From an uncultured Acidobacteriota bacterium (GTDB lineage Bacteria; Acidobacteriota; Thermoanaerobaculia; Gp7-AA8), in NCBI GenBank assembly GCA_963822445.1, contig CAWGHO010000001.1, forward strand, positions 1,152,001 through 1,216,000: 64,000 bases of DNA. Reading direction: 5' to 3'. The position numbers and the translations under genes are program-made. How positions within the stretch are numbered: the first letter of the stretch is position 1; every line of letters begins with the position of its first letter. Below are positions 27,689 through 37,582 of this stretch, piece by piece. Below the pieces are notes generated by a model, which was not told the origin of the DNA, searched no databases, and saw nothing but the letters and a program-made list of their open reading frames with translations.

Positions 27689-29700
27689 AAACCCGTTCCG
27701 CAGTCGCGCTCCTGTTGATGTTGATCGCCGTCCCGATCCTCGCCGCGCATCCCCTCGAGCCTCTGTCCGAGGACGAACATCGCGCCGCGTTCGACATCAC
27801 CCGGGCGCACTTTGAATCGGCGGGCAATCTTCCTGACGACGGTCTGCTTTTCCCGTTCATCGCTCTCCGCGAGCCGGCCAAGACCGTCGTGCGGAACTGG
27901 ACCGCGGGCGCCGATTTCCCGCGGCAGGCCACGCTGCACGTGCTTCATCCGCTGACCAATCGCCTCTGGATCGTCACCGTCGATCTTCGCGCCGGACGCG
28001 TCTCCGACATCGAACTCGCTCCGGCCGGGACGCAACCGGCCGTGACTGCCGAGGAGTATGTGATCGCCGATGAGATCGTGCGTGCGTACGGACCGTGGGC
28101 CGCGGCGATGCAGGCCCGCGGTGTCGATCCCGAGGACGTTTACATCGATGTCTGGGCGCCGGGCGATCTCGAGTTGCCGGGCTCCATCGTTGCGTCACTG
28201 CCTCACGGCTCGAACACACGGCTCCTTCGCGCCCTCTTCTTCTTCCGCGGCGCCTCGGTCGACGACTACGACTCCTCCAATCCGCAGAATCCGTACGTGC
28301 GTCCGATCGAGGGCGTCGTCGTCACGATCGACATGAACCAGCGACGCGTCGTGCATATGACCAACACCGCCGTCCGGCCGGTGTCGCGCGAGAGCGGCAA
28401 TGCTGCGGCGCGGCGCACCGGTCTCAAGCCGATGAAGATCACCCAACCGAACGGCGGCGGCTTTGAGGTCACCGGAAGGCTGGTGCAGTGGCAGAACTGG
28501 CAGTTCTACGTCGTGCTGCATCCGCGGGAAGGGCTCGTGCTCTACGACGTCCGCTACAACGACAACGGCCGCCTGCGGCCCATTGCCTATCGCCTGTCGC
28601 TCTCGGAGATTTACGTTCCGTACGGAGTCGCCGATGAGAACTGGTCATGGCGAACTGCCTTCGACGTCGGCGAATACAACCTCGGCATGTACGCGCAGAC
28701 GCTCGAGCCGGATCGCGACGTGCCCGAGCACGCGTACCTGTTCGACACGACCTTCGGGACCGACACCGGAGACACGTTCGAAGCGACGGACACGATCGGG
28801 ATGTACGAGCGGGACAACGGACTGCTCTGGACGCGCACCGATCCGTCGAATGCCGCGCGCGATACCCGCGCGCGCCGCGAGCTGGTTCTGACGTGGAACG
28901 CGTGGATCGGCAATTACATCTACGGCTTCGACTGGACGTTCGGCATGGACGGCAGCATCGACGTCAAGGTCGTGCTCACCGGCACACTGCTGAGCCGCGG
29001 TGCTCCGAACGAGGATGAACCGAGCGCGCCGGTGGTCGGCATCGACGAGAGCTTCGTTCGCGTCTCCGCACCGAATCATCAGCACTTCTTCAGCTTCCGT
29101 CTCGATCTCGACGTCGACGGACCGGAGAACGCGGTCGTCGAGTCGAACATGCGTCATGTCGCAACGCCCGGCTTCGCGAATGCGTTCGCAGCCGTGGAGA
29201 GGGTGCTTACCGCCGAGGGATCCCGCGACGCGGATCCGTTCCAGGCCCGTCATTGGGAGGTGAGCAGCGCGACGGCGATGAACGCGTTCCTGCGCCACAC
29301 CGCATACGCGATCGAGAGCAACGCCATCGCCGCGCCGCTCTCGTCGCCGCTTTACGAGCCACTCCGGCGCGCCGCGTTCGCGACGCATGCCTTCTGGGTG
29401 ACCCGCTTCCGCGACGACGAACGCTACGCCGCCGGCGACTTCCCGAACCAGGGCGCCGTCGGCCAGGGGCTGGAGGCGTTCGTCTCCCCGGCCGAGCAGC
29501 TCGATGAAGAGGATGGGACGGACGTCGTGGTCTGGCACACCATCGGGATGACCCACGTCCCCCGCCCCGAGGACTACCCGGTCATGCCGACGGAAACGAT
29601 CGGATTCAAGCTCGTGCCCCACGGGTTCTTCGACAGGAACCCCGCGCTGGACGCGCCGGATCTGCCGAAGCCGAGGATTCGACGGCGAACGGTGCGGTAG
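27685..29700 (+). CDS. Secreted copper amine oxidase family protein
   Basis: HPLEPLS, HPREGLVL, SLSEIYVPY, AFDVGEY, GNY, HQH and THVPRPEDYPVMP motifs; signal peptide. Confidence 0.92.
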   Translation: MKTRSAVALLLMLIAVPILAAHPLEPLSEDEHRAAFDITRAHFESAGNLPDDGLLFPFIALREPAKTVVRNWTAGADFPRQATLHVLHPLTNRLWIVTVDLRAGRVSDIELAPAGTQPAVTAEEYVIADEIVRAYGPWAAAMQARGVDPEDVYIDVWAPGDLELPGSIVASLPHGSNTRLLRALFFFRGASVDDYDSSNPQNPYVRPIEGVVVTIDMNQRRVVHMTNTAVRPVSRESGNAAARRTGLKPMKITQPNGGGFEVTGRLVQWQNWQFYVVLHPREGLVLYDVRYNDNGRLRPIAYRLSLSEIYVPYGVADENWSWRTAFDVGEYNLGMYAQTLEPDRDVPEHAYLFDTTFGTDTGDTFEATDTIGMYERDNGLLWTRTDPSNAARDTRARRELVLTWNAWIGNYIYGFDWTFGMDGSIDVKVVLTGTLLSRGAPNEDEPSAPVVGIDESFVRVSAPNHQHFFSFRLDLDVDGPENAVVESNMRHVATPGFANAFAAVERVLTAEGSRDADPFQARHWEVSSATAMNAFLRHTAYAIESNAIAAPLSSPLYEPLRRAAFATHAFWVTRFRDDERYAAGDFPNQGAVGQGLEAFVSPAEQLDEEDGTDVVVWHTIGMTHVPRPEDYPVMPTETIGFKLVPHGFFDRNPALDAPDLPKPRIRRRTVR

Positions 29701-29706
29701 TCCAAG

Positions 29707-29813
29707 AGTTTATCCCGCGCGAAGACGCGGGATCTCCCGGTGCACCGACACCAATGGTGGCTCGTGCGCTGCCGGTGCACGGGGAGATCCCGCGTCTTCG
29801 CGCGGGATAAACT
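29707..29813. repeat. REP doublet: 41-bp inverted repeat, each arm with an internal hairpin
   Basis: AGTTTATCCCGCGCGAAGACGCGGGATCTCCCGGTGCACCG (29707-29747) vs 29773-29813, one mismatch; single arm also at 45303-45342. Confidence 0.85.
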
Positions 29814-29865
29814 GAAAAGCCGGGCAACCCCGAACGGAACCCCAACACCCCGTGTTTAACACCAT

Positions 29866-30489
29866 ATGAAGAACTCCTGGACCGGGAGCGAAGCCGTGAG
29901 CCTCGCTGGTGCGCCCCCCGCTGAGGAGAACCTGGCCGTGGCGGTTCATCGCTGCGAGCCGGGGGCGCTCGAGCGGCTCATCGACCGCTTCGAGCCGGCT
30001 CTCTACGGCTACGCCTTCGGCATCCTCCAGAACGCTTTCGACGCGCAGGAGGTCGTGCAGGACGCGATGCTGCGCGCACACCGCGCCCTGACGCGGCAAT
30101 ACGACGAGGCGCGTTGCGCCGCGCTCGCGCTGAGGCCGTGGCTCTTCAAGATGACCCGCAATCTCTGTCTCAACAAGCGACGATCGAAAACGCGCGCGCT
30201 CGAACAGCCGCTCGAGTCCTTCGACGACAACCGCATCGGGCCGTTCGTGCGCGAGCACGGCTCGGAGCTCGAGAAAAAGCAGGACGCCGAACTGCTCCGG
30301 CGGGCCATGACCGCGCTGCCGGTCGAGGCCCGCGAGCTGATCGTCCTCCGCTTCATGGAAGACATGTCATACGCCGACATCGCCAGAACCGTCGGATCGA
30401 CGGAGGCGTCATTGCGCGGCAAGGTGTTTCGCTCGCTGAAGCTGTTGCGAGACGCACTGGAGTCAAAAGGAGTTGCCCATGCGGTGTAG
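29866..30489 (+). CDS. ECF RNA polymerase sigma factor
   Basis: DAQEVVQDAMLRA, RPWLFKMTRNLCLN (region 2); LPVEARELIVLRFMEDMSYADIA (region 4). Confidence 0.92.
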   Translation: MKNSWTGSEAVSLAGAPPAEENLAVAVHRCEPGALERLIDRFEPALYGYAFGILQNAFDAQEVVQDAMLRAHRALTRQYDEARCAALALRPWLFKMTRNLCLNKRRSKTRALEQPLESFDDNRIGPFVREHGSELEKKQDAELLRRAMTALPVEARELIVLRFMEDMSYADIARTVGSTEASLRGKVFRSLKLLRDALESKGVAHAV

Positions 30490-31363
30490 ATCCGTTCTCA
30501 CCCGAATCGACGCGATGCGCACCGGCGAGCTTGCCGCCGATGAGCGTCACGAGCTGCACGATCATCTCGAGACCTGCCCGAGCTGCGACGAGTCGGTGGG
30601 CGACATGGAATCGCTGGCCTCGACGCTCAAGGCTCTCGTTCCCGCTCCGCCGCGCTCCTGCAAAGACACTCTGAAAGGCAAATGCGCGACGGCGTTCGAT
30701 GAAGTCGACGGCATCTGGGTCGCGTTCTCGAAAGAAGGCCTGCGCATGATTCATCGCGGCGGAACGGAGGAAGAGTTCCGCGCGAAGTTCGCCCGTCGCT
30801 ACAGCCGTCCGCTCGAGCGCGCGAGTCTCCCCGATCGTTTGCGCAAGCAGGTCACCGCCGCGCTGCGCGGTGAAGGATCGGCCGAGCCGCTCGTCGACTG
30901 GGGAGAGGAAGCGACGGAGCTCGCGCGCGAAGTACTGAACACGCTCTCGCGCATCCCGCGCGGCGAAGTGCGGACGTACGCCTGGGTTGCGCGGCAGGTC
31001 GGCCGTCCGAAAGCGGTCCGCGCCGTGGGCAACATCCTCGCGAACAACGTCGTCCCGATCGTCGTCCCCTGCCATCGCGTCGTTCCGACCGGCGGCGGCA
31101 TCGGCAACTACGCGTTCGGCAGCGCCGCGAAGCGCGAGTTGTTGCGTCGCGAAGGAGTCGACGTCGACGCGCTCGAAGCGCTGGAGCGCGAAGGCGTCCG
31201 CTACATCGGCTCGAAGACCTCGAAGATCGTCTGCTTTCCAACCTGCAAGGACGCGCGGAGGATCCGGGAAGAAAACCGGGTCCCTTTTCACAGCGAGTCC
31301 GAGGCGCTGAAGAAAGGATTCCGGCCATGTCGACGATGCCAGCCGTTCGCGAAAACGGCCTGA
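30479..31363 (+). CDS. Fusion: zinc-finger anti-sigma-like domain + O6-alkylguanine-DNA alkyltransferase + C-terminal Ada metal-binding domain
   Basis: HLETCPSC (HxxxCxxC); IPRGEVRTY...RAVG...VPCHRVV; CFPTC...GFRPCRRCQP; ATG after AAGGAG. Confidence 0.85.
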   Translation: MRCRSVLTRIDAMRTGELAADERHELHDHLETCPSCDESVGDMESLASTLKALVPAPPRSCKDTLKGKCATAFDEVDGIWVAFSKEGLRMIHRGGTEEEFRAKFARRYSRPLERASLPDRLRKQVTAALRGEGSAEPLVDWGEEATELAREVLNTLSRIPRGEVRTYAWVARQVGRPKAVRAVGNILANNVVPIVVPCHRVVPTGGGIGNYAFGSAAKRELLRREGVDVDALEALEREGVRYIGSKTSKIVCFPTCKDARRIREENRVPFHSESEALKKGFRPCRRCQPFAKTA

Positions 31364-31974
31364 TTCCCCACATCCACGCGGTCTCGCGTCCCGCGCGAAC
31401 TTTTACCGGCGACTTCTACTTCACTCATCGCCACGAGCAGCGCTCGTGGATCGTCGTGGGCGACGTGGCCGGCAAAGGATTGCCCGCCGCGATCGTGATG
31501 GCCATGATTCAGGAAGAGCTGGAGCACCGCATTGCGTCGTGCGCGTCCGCGGAATGCGATCCCGCGCGCACCGCCGCGCGGCTGCACGAGTTTCTCGCGC
31601 CGCTGCTGCCCCGCAATCGATTCGCGACCGCGGCCATCGGCTGGCTCGATGACGACGGCACGCTGACCATCGTCAACGCCGGCCATCCGCCGCCGATCAT
31701 CATCCGCCGCACCGGCGACATCGAGGAAATCGGCTCCACCGGCCCGGTCCTCGGCGTCCTCCCGAACCCGCAATGGCAATCGGTGCAGCACAAGCTCGAG
31801 GAAGGGGACGCGCTGGTGCTTTACAGCGATGGCGTGTCCGAGGCGGTGGTCGATGGGCAGGAGCTGGGGGTGTGCGGGTTGCGTCGACTGCTCGCGCAAT
31901 CGACGTCCCCGCAAGCGCTGCTCGCCGATCTGGAGACGGCGGATGATGTGACGATGGTGGTGTTGCGGCGCTAG
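31327..31974 (+). CDS. PP2C/SpoIIE-type serine phosphatase (stand-alone)
   Basis: GDFY, GDVAGKGLPAA, NAGHPPP, LYSDGVSEA, DDVT. Confidence 0.9.
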   Translation: MSTMPAVRENGLIPHIHAVSRPARTFTGDFYFTHRHEQRSWIVVGDVAGKGLPAAIVMAMIQEELEHRIASCASAECDPARTAARLHEFLAPLLPRNRFATAAIGWLDDDGTLTIVNAGHPPPIIIRRTGDIEEIGSTGPVLGVLPNPQWQSVQHKLEEGDALVLYSDGVSEAVVDGQELGVCGLRRLLAQSTSPQALLADLETADDVTMVVLRR

Positions 31975-34900
31975 TCGCGGACCTCGATCCTCACCTCATC
32001 CCCATTCGCCCGAATGTCCGGCACGTACATCGCCCAACCCAGCACCGGCAGCGCGTGGAACGTTCCCGGCACTTCGGCGCGAAGCGTGTAGCGGATCTCC
32101 CAGATGCCCTGCGGCAGGTGATCGGCGAACAGCGCTACCTTGCGATCGCGCAGCTCCTGGTAGACGAACGCCGTGCGTCCGCCCTTCTTCTCCGTCGCCC
32201 AGAGCGATTCGCCGGACTGCAGGGCAACCGCCTCGAGGCCGGCGGGCTTGAGGTCTTCGAAGATCAGGTAGCTGTAGTCGTTCTTGGTCTCGACGCTGAT
32301 CACCACTTCGACGCGCTCGCCGCTCTTGATCGATTCGCCGTCGCGCAGCGGGACCTTGTCGTACACGACGCCTTTGAGCAGGGTCGGCTTCGGCGCGAGG
32401 CGGTAGTAGTCGCGGCGCACGAACAGCTCGTTCCCCGCGGCCTTCACCGGTTCCTCCAACGAAACGAACCGCGCCTCGGCTGAGAAATAAACCGCGCCGG
32501 TGCCCGACGTGCGGCGGATGCGGATCTCCTGCATCGTGTCGCGCAGCAGCGCTGCGTCGACGGTGAACTTCTTCGTGTCCGAGCCGGTGCCGAGGACCTG
32601 GCCGTTCACGGCGACCTCCCAGGTCACGTCGCCTTTCAACTCGCCGCTGACCTTCAGATAGTCGTTGAGCGCGAGGACGGCGATGGCCGTGTCGCGCGTG
32701 TTCGTCCACTGCGCACCGCGGCGATTCTTCACCAGCCAGTTCATGGCCGGCTCGATCAGCTTGTGATCGGGCTGGATGGTGACCAGGGCCTGCAGCGCGA
32801 AGGCGGTCGTCTCGATCGGCCCTTCGTGCCAGCGCCACCAGAAGCCGCTCGCGCCCCAGTGCGCCGTGGCCATGGTTTCCGCGGTCGAACCTTCGCCGCG
32901 AATGAGCACGGACTGATCGGGAGCCTTGTCGATCTTCACGCCGTCTTCGAGATTGCGGATGAGAGTGTTCGCGCGCTCGGCATTGCCGTAGCGATGGGCG
33001 GTCAGCGCGAGCAGAGCGCGTGAGTAGGCGGTCAGGCGCTCGCGATTCGTCCAGACTTTGTCGAAAGCGCGGCGCTCGGCCTCACTCGCGGTCTTCTTCC
33101 ACGCCGAGAGCGCGTGGAGCATCCAGGTCACATCGTTCCACTGCCCGTCGCGCTCGACGAGCCGCCGCTGCAGATACGCCGCGGCGCGATCGACGGCCTG
33201 CGCGCGCACCGGCAATCCCGCGTCGCGCGCGACCGAGAAGCCCCAGACCACGTACGCGGTCATGAAGTCGTCGGTCGGCCCTTCCTTCCACCATCCCCAG
33301 CCGCCGTCGTCGTGCTGCATGTCGTACAGGCGGGCCATACCCTGCGCGGTCACGGCGTCGAGATTCCTGACCCCGGTCGCCAATCCCGTTTTCGCGACGA
33401 CCGCCGCGGGCAGGAACCGGCTCATCGTCTGTTCGGTGCAGCCGTACGGGAACTCGATGAGGTACGGCAGCGCCTCGATCATCGTGTTCGCCAGGGTCGG
33501 CGTGACGTTGACCACGAGTTGCGTCGCGCGTCTCGCGCGCGGCAGGTCGAGCTTCACCAACGCTTCCGCCGCGCGCAGTTTTCCGGAGCGGGCCACGAGC
33601 TTGTCGATGCCATGCTCGTAAACGAGGAAGGTCTTCTCCATCGCGTCGGCGTGCGTCGTGCCGCGGCCGGTAACGCGCAACGTGGCTGGACCGGCGACGT
33701 CCGCGGTCACCGTCCAATCCGCACGCGCTTCAGCGTGCGGCGGAACGGTGATCGCCGTCCGCGCGGCATCGGCCAGCGTCAGACCCTTCACTTCGATCGA
33801 CGGCGTGACGGTCAGCGGCGCGTCGGTGTTGTTGTTGATCACCGCGGACACGGTGGCCTTGTCGCCGACCACGAAGAATCGCGGCGCCTGCAGACGCACG
33901 ATCAGCGGCAGGTTCGTGCGGGCGGTGTCGGAGCCCATGCCCACCTGCGTACCGGTCGTAACCGCACGAGCGGTAGCCCGCCACGTCGTCAAAGCCTCGG
34001 GGAACTTGACCTTGATCGTGGCCGTGCCGTCGCTGCCGGTGACGACATCCGGTTTCCAGAACGCGGTCGAGCGGAAGTCGCTGCGCACATCCACCTGCAC
34101 CTGCTCCTGACCACGACCGCCTTCCTCCTTCGCCTGCTGGACCGACGTCGCTCTCGTAGTGATGCTCTCTGCGACTGCCATCGGCGGAGCGGCAGGAGCG
34201 GGCGGCGGAGCCGGCATCGACGCCGCGGCGTCCATGGCCAGATTGCCCGTCATCGCGCCGACCTTGGAGAACAGCCCGTCGCGGCGCCGTAGATCGCTCT
34301 CGTTTTCCTGCCGCGCGATCGCATCCGCATCGACGACCTGTCCATCGCGCACGATCAGCTTCACGTAACGCTGCGAGTGCAGCGCCGCGGAAACCTGCAG
34401 CGTCGCGCCGTGGACTTCGCCGAAGAAGAACTGCCGCGGATCGCCAGCCGGATCCTGCTGAATCGCGGTCACCGACTCGTCGGAAACCGAGACCGCGACT
34501 TCCGCCGCGACCGGCTTTCCGTCGATGTCGCGCGTGGTGATGGTGAGCTCGCCCTCATCGCGCGGCCGGTAATCCTCCCGGTCGCTCTTCACCTCCACAT
34601 TGATGAAGTGTTTCACCGGCGGCACGACCACCCGTTCCGTATCGGTGGCCACGTTGCGGTCGAAGATCGAGCTCGCGGTGAGGAAGAAGTTCGGCGAGTG
34701 TCGCTCGTCGGTCGCGAACTCGATCAGCTTCACCGTTCCGTCGAGATGCACGACCTGCGTCTCGATGAGGTCCGTCGCCGATGCGCTGATCGCCACCCAG
34801 CGCCCGCTGGCCGGCGTTACGACGATCGCGGTGACCTTCTCTCCTTCGCGGAACGATTCCTTGTCGACCACGAGATCGAGACCGGCCGTCCGCCAGGCGA

Positions 34901-37466
34901 TGTCGGAGGTGCGGCGGTCCGTGACCCACACCGCCGTCTCCGCGGTGACGATGTCGCGTGCACGCGTGGGCCGTTCGGGATCGCGGTCTTCACTGCGCCA
35001 GCGGACGATGTAGTAACCGGCCGTTTTCGCGGTGAAGGTGAACTCCGCCTCCCCTTGCGCGTTCGTCGAGACTTTCGTCTCCAGGATCTCCTCGTCCCTC
35101 GACTCGAAAACGTCGCGAGCCATCGAGCGGCGCACGACGGTCACCGTTCCCGTCGTCTGCACCGGCTTGTCGTTCGCGTCGATCGCTTTGATGTCGATCG
35201 ACACCTGCTCGCCGGGGCGATGAATCAAGTGCTCGGCGTGCATCATCACGCTGTAGCGCTGCCGGAGAACGCGCACCGTTCCCTCGCCGCGCACTTCGCG
35301 CCGCGAAGCGTCGACGACGCGGGCCTCGATGCGATAGGTGCTGTCCCGCCCGTCGCGCGAAGTCTCGATGCGCAGCGTGGCCCGGCCGGCAGCATCGGTG
35401 GTGAGCGTCTCGCGACGGAGCACGGCCTGTTCACCGCCGGGGTAGTACTGCGAGTCCTGGAAGTACCAGGGATATTCGCGCCACGGATACCAGGGCCGCA
35501 CGAACGGCTGCTGGTAGATGACCGCCTCGACGGTCGCGTTGGCAACAGGACCGCCGAAGTAATACTCGGCCTGAATCTCGGCCTCGATCGTGTCGCCGAG
35601 GCGGTATTGCTTGCCCTCGGGGGTGGAGACGCTGACCTGGAACTCGGGGAGCTTGTACTCCTCGAGCCGGAAGAGCTGGGCCTGGCCGGCGTACTCGTTC
35701 TTCTGCGCCGCGGGACGGAAGGTGATCGTGTACGGACCCAGCGCCATCTCCGACGTCAGCGGAAGCTCAGCCCAGAAACTCCCGAACGCATTCAGCGTCG
35801 CATTCCCCACGGCGACCTTGTCCCCGCGCGGGCCGTTGATCTCGTAATGCAGCACCTGGTTCGCGGGAGTGATCCAGCGGTCGCGCTCGCGGATGCGGGC
35901 GATGATCTTCCACTGCACGGTCTCGTTCGGACGATACGCGGGGCGATCGGTGAATGCGTAGATGCGCCACTGCGCCGCCTGCACGTGCTGGTTCCAGTAG
36001 CGATACGTCGAATGCCAGGCCTGCCGCGATGCGCCGGCCGCTGCGGTGATGTGCACGTTGCCCGAGGCCTTACCTTCGAAGAGGGCCAGGCCGTTGGCGT
36101 TCGTCTGCAGGGTGTGCTTCGTCACCGTGCGATCGAACTGCTGCCACACCGACACCTTCGCGTTCGCGATCGGCTCGCCGGTCATGACGCTGGAGACGAA
36201 GACCTGCATCCGCTGACCGGCCATGTGCACGAGGATGTGTGCGTCGGTGACGAGCAGCAGCTGGCGTGCGGAGTCGCCGGCCCCATTGGCTGTGACGATA
36301 TACGCGCCCGGCGCGAGCCGCGGCTCGAGGCGGATCGCTTCATTGCCCGGTGTGTACTGCCCGCGATCGGGAGGGGTGAACGTCCAGCGGCGAACGGCGG
36401 TCTTGCCGGCGAGGCTGATGTCCTGCGTCCACTCGCGATTCGGCTTCACGTCGAGATCGGCAGTCAGGTCGACGGCGTAGATCGCGAGCTCGATGCTCTT
36501 GACGTTGCGCCACGACACGACGATCTGCTGTTCGGAATCCGGCAGGAACGTGCCGGTAACAGCCACGCCCACTTCCGGTTGGGTGATGGTTTTGATCGCG
36601 GCCTGGGCCTCGTCATGCCATTGCGTTTCGCTCGGCTTGAACTCGTTGACGATGCGGCGGTAGTACTCGAGCGCGCGCTCGTAGTCCGCGCGGTACTCGA
36701 TCTCACCGGTGCTCATGACCGCGATCGCACCCGTGTTTGCCAGCTGCTGCGCCGCGGCGAACAAAGCGTCGTCGTACCACTCTGTTTTCTTGCCGAGGGC
36801 GATGATCGCTTCGAGATGTTCAATGGCGCGCTCGATGCTCTCCGGCCGCCCCTCGGACATCAGCGCCGTGGCGAGATTGAAGCGAAAGCGCGCGCGGTCT
36901 TCGTCGGTTCTGGCGATGCTGATCGCGTTGACCAGCACTTCCCGCGGAATCGACGACGCCATGTACGGCTGCTCGGTGAGCTTGCGCACGATCGCGAGAT
37001 AGCGCGCGCGTGCGGCTTCGATCTGATCGCTGCCCGCCCAGTAATCGAGCGCGGCCACGTAGTAGCGGAGGCCGGTGTAGAAATCGCGGCCGCGCCGCTC
37101 GTGATAGTGGAAATCCCCCAGCGACTCATTGGCCTCGGCCCAAACGAGATCGTGGGTCGTTTCGGCGGCGATCGCCTCGAGTTCCTTTCGCGGTTCCTCG
37201 CGGCCTTCGCGGTTGTCCCGCTCCGCGCGCCAGGCCGTATCGGCCAGCCGCATCCGGACCCAGCGGCGTTCGTCCGGCAGCAGATCGAGCTTCGCCGCCT
37301 CCTCGTAAATCGCGTGGGCGCGGCTGAACGACTTCTCCGCGTAATACCGCTCCGCCTCACGCTTCAGGGCGTCGTACGGAGTCTCATTCGCCGGCGGTGG
37401 AACGGCGGCGGCGACGGAGAGGATGAGTGCGGCAGCGATTGCGAAAACGAAGATCTTCCGAAACAT
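31971..37466 (-). CDS. Bacterial alpha-2-macroglobulin family protein
   Basis: 1831 aa; signal peptide; FTDRPAYRPNE (MG2), EEYKLPEF, RSDFRSTAFW, PYGCTEQT thioester motif, Y.LRAEVPGTF.ALP. Confidence 0.93.
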   Translation of the reverse strand: MFRKIFVFAIAAALILSVAAAVPPPANETPYDALKREAERYYAEKSFSRAHAIYEEAAKLDLLPDERRWVRMRLADTAWRAERDNREGREEPRKELEAIAAETTHDLVWAEANESLGDFHYHERRGRDFYTGLRYYVAALDYWAGSDQIEAARARYLAIVRKLTEQPYMASSIPREVLVNAISIARTDEDRARFRFNLATALMSEGRPESIERAIEHLEAIIALGKKTEWYDDALFAAAQQLANTGAIAVMSTGEIEYRADYERALEYYRRIVNEFKPSETQWHDEAQAAIKTITQPEVGVAVTGTFLPDSEQQIVVSWRNVKSIELAIYAVDLTADLDVKPNREWTQDISLAGKTAVRRWTFTPPDRGQYTPGNEAIRLEPRLAPGAYIVTANGAGDSARQLLLVTDAHILVHMAGQRMQVFVSSVMTGEPIANAKVSVWQQFDRTVTKHTLQTNANGLALFEGKASGNVHITAAAGASRQAWHSTYRYWNQHVQAAQWRIYAFTDRPAYRPNETVQWKIIARIRERDRWITPANQVLHYEINGPRGDKVAVGNATLNAFGSFWAELPLTSEMALGPYTITFRPAAQKNEYAGQAQLFRLEEYKLPEFQVSVSTPEGKQYRLGDTIEAEIQAEYYFGGPVANATVEAVIYQQPFVRPWYPWREYPWYFQDSQYYPGGEQAVLRRETLTTDAAGRATLRIETSRDGRDSTYRIEARVVDASRREVRGEGTVRVLRQRYSVMMHAEHLIHRPGEQVSIDIKAIDANDKPVQTTGTVTVVRRSMARDVFESRDEEILETKVSTNAQGEAEFTFTAKTAGYYIVRWRSEDRDPERPTRARDIVTAETAVWVTDRRTSDIAWRTAGLDLVVDKESFREGEKVTAIVVTPASGRWVAISASATDLIETQVVHLDGTVKLIEFATDERHSPNFFLTASSIFDRNVATDTERVVVPPVKHFINVEVKSDREDYRPRDEGELTITTRDIDGKPVAAEVAVSVSDESVTAIQQDPAGDPRQFFFGEVHGATLQVSAALHSQRYVKLIVRDGQVVDADAIARQENESDLRRRDGLFSKVGAMTGNLAMDAAASMPAPPPAPAAPPMAVAESITTRATSVQQAKEEGGRGQEQVQVDVRSDFRSTAFWKPDVVTGSDGTATIKVKFPEALTTWRATARAVTTGTQVGMGSDTARTNLPLIVRLQAPRFFVVGDKATVSAVINNNTDAPLTVTPSIEVKGLTLADAARTAITVPPHAEARADWTVTADVAGPATLRVTGRGTTHADAMEKTFLVYEHGIDKLVARSGKLRAAEALVKLDLPRARRATQLVVNVTPTLANTMIEALPYLIEFPYGCTEQTMSRFLPAAVVAKTGLATGVRNLDAVTAQGMARLYDMQHDDGGWGWWKEGPTDDFMTAYVVWGFSVARDAGLPVRAQAVDRAAAYLQRRLVERDGQWNDVTWMLHALSAWKKTASEAERRAFDKVWTNRERLTAYSRALLALTAHRYGNAERANTLIRNLEDGVKIDKAPDQSVLIRGEGSTAETMATAHWGASGFWWRWHEGPIETTAFALQALVTIQPDHKLIEPAMNWLVKNRRGAQWTNTRDTAIAVLALNDYLKVSGELKGDVTWEVAVNGQVLGTGSDTKKFTVDAALLRDTMQEIRIRRTSGTGAVYFSAEARFVSLEEPVKAAGNELFVRRDYYRLAPKPTLLKGVVYDKVPLRDGESIKSGERVEVVISVETKNDYSYLIFEDLKPAGLEAVALQSGESLWATEKKGGRTAFVYQELRDRKVALFADHLPQGIWEIRYTLRAEVPGTFHALPVLGWAMYVPDIRANGDEVRIEVRD

Positions 37467-37582
37467 GACGGTCGATTAGACCGCGAAAGGTTGGGAAAGG
37501 TAACCGGGGCCTGGGGAGCGCCGCCGTCCACGGCGGCTGTTCCGCCGGCGTCCCGCGCCGGCCCTCCGCTATCATTTAGGCC

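Noticed and set aside
29707-29813. CRISPR array (GTTTATCCCGCGC... resembles type I-E repeats)
   Set aside because: The copies are inverted rather than direct, there is no spacer series, and no cas genes are present
29832-29846. LexA-like box GAAC-N7-CAAC upstream of the ECF/alkyltransferase operon
   Set aside because: Short and mismatched, single occurrence, and the LexA motif of this organism is unknown
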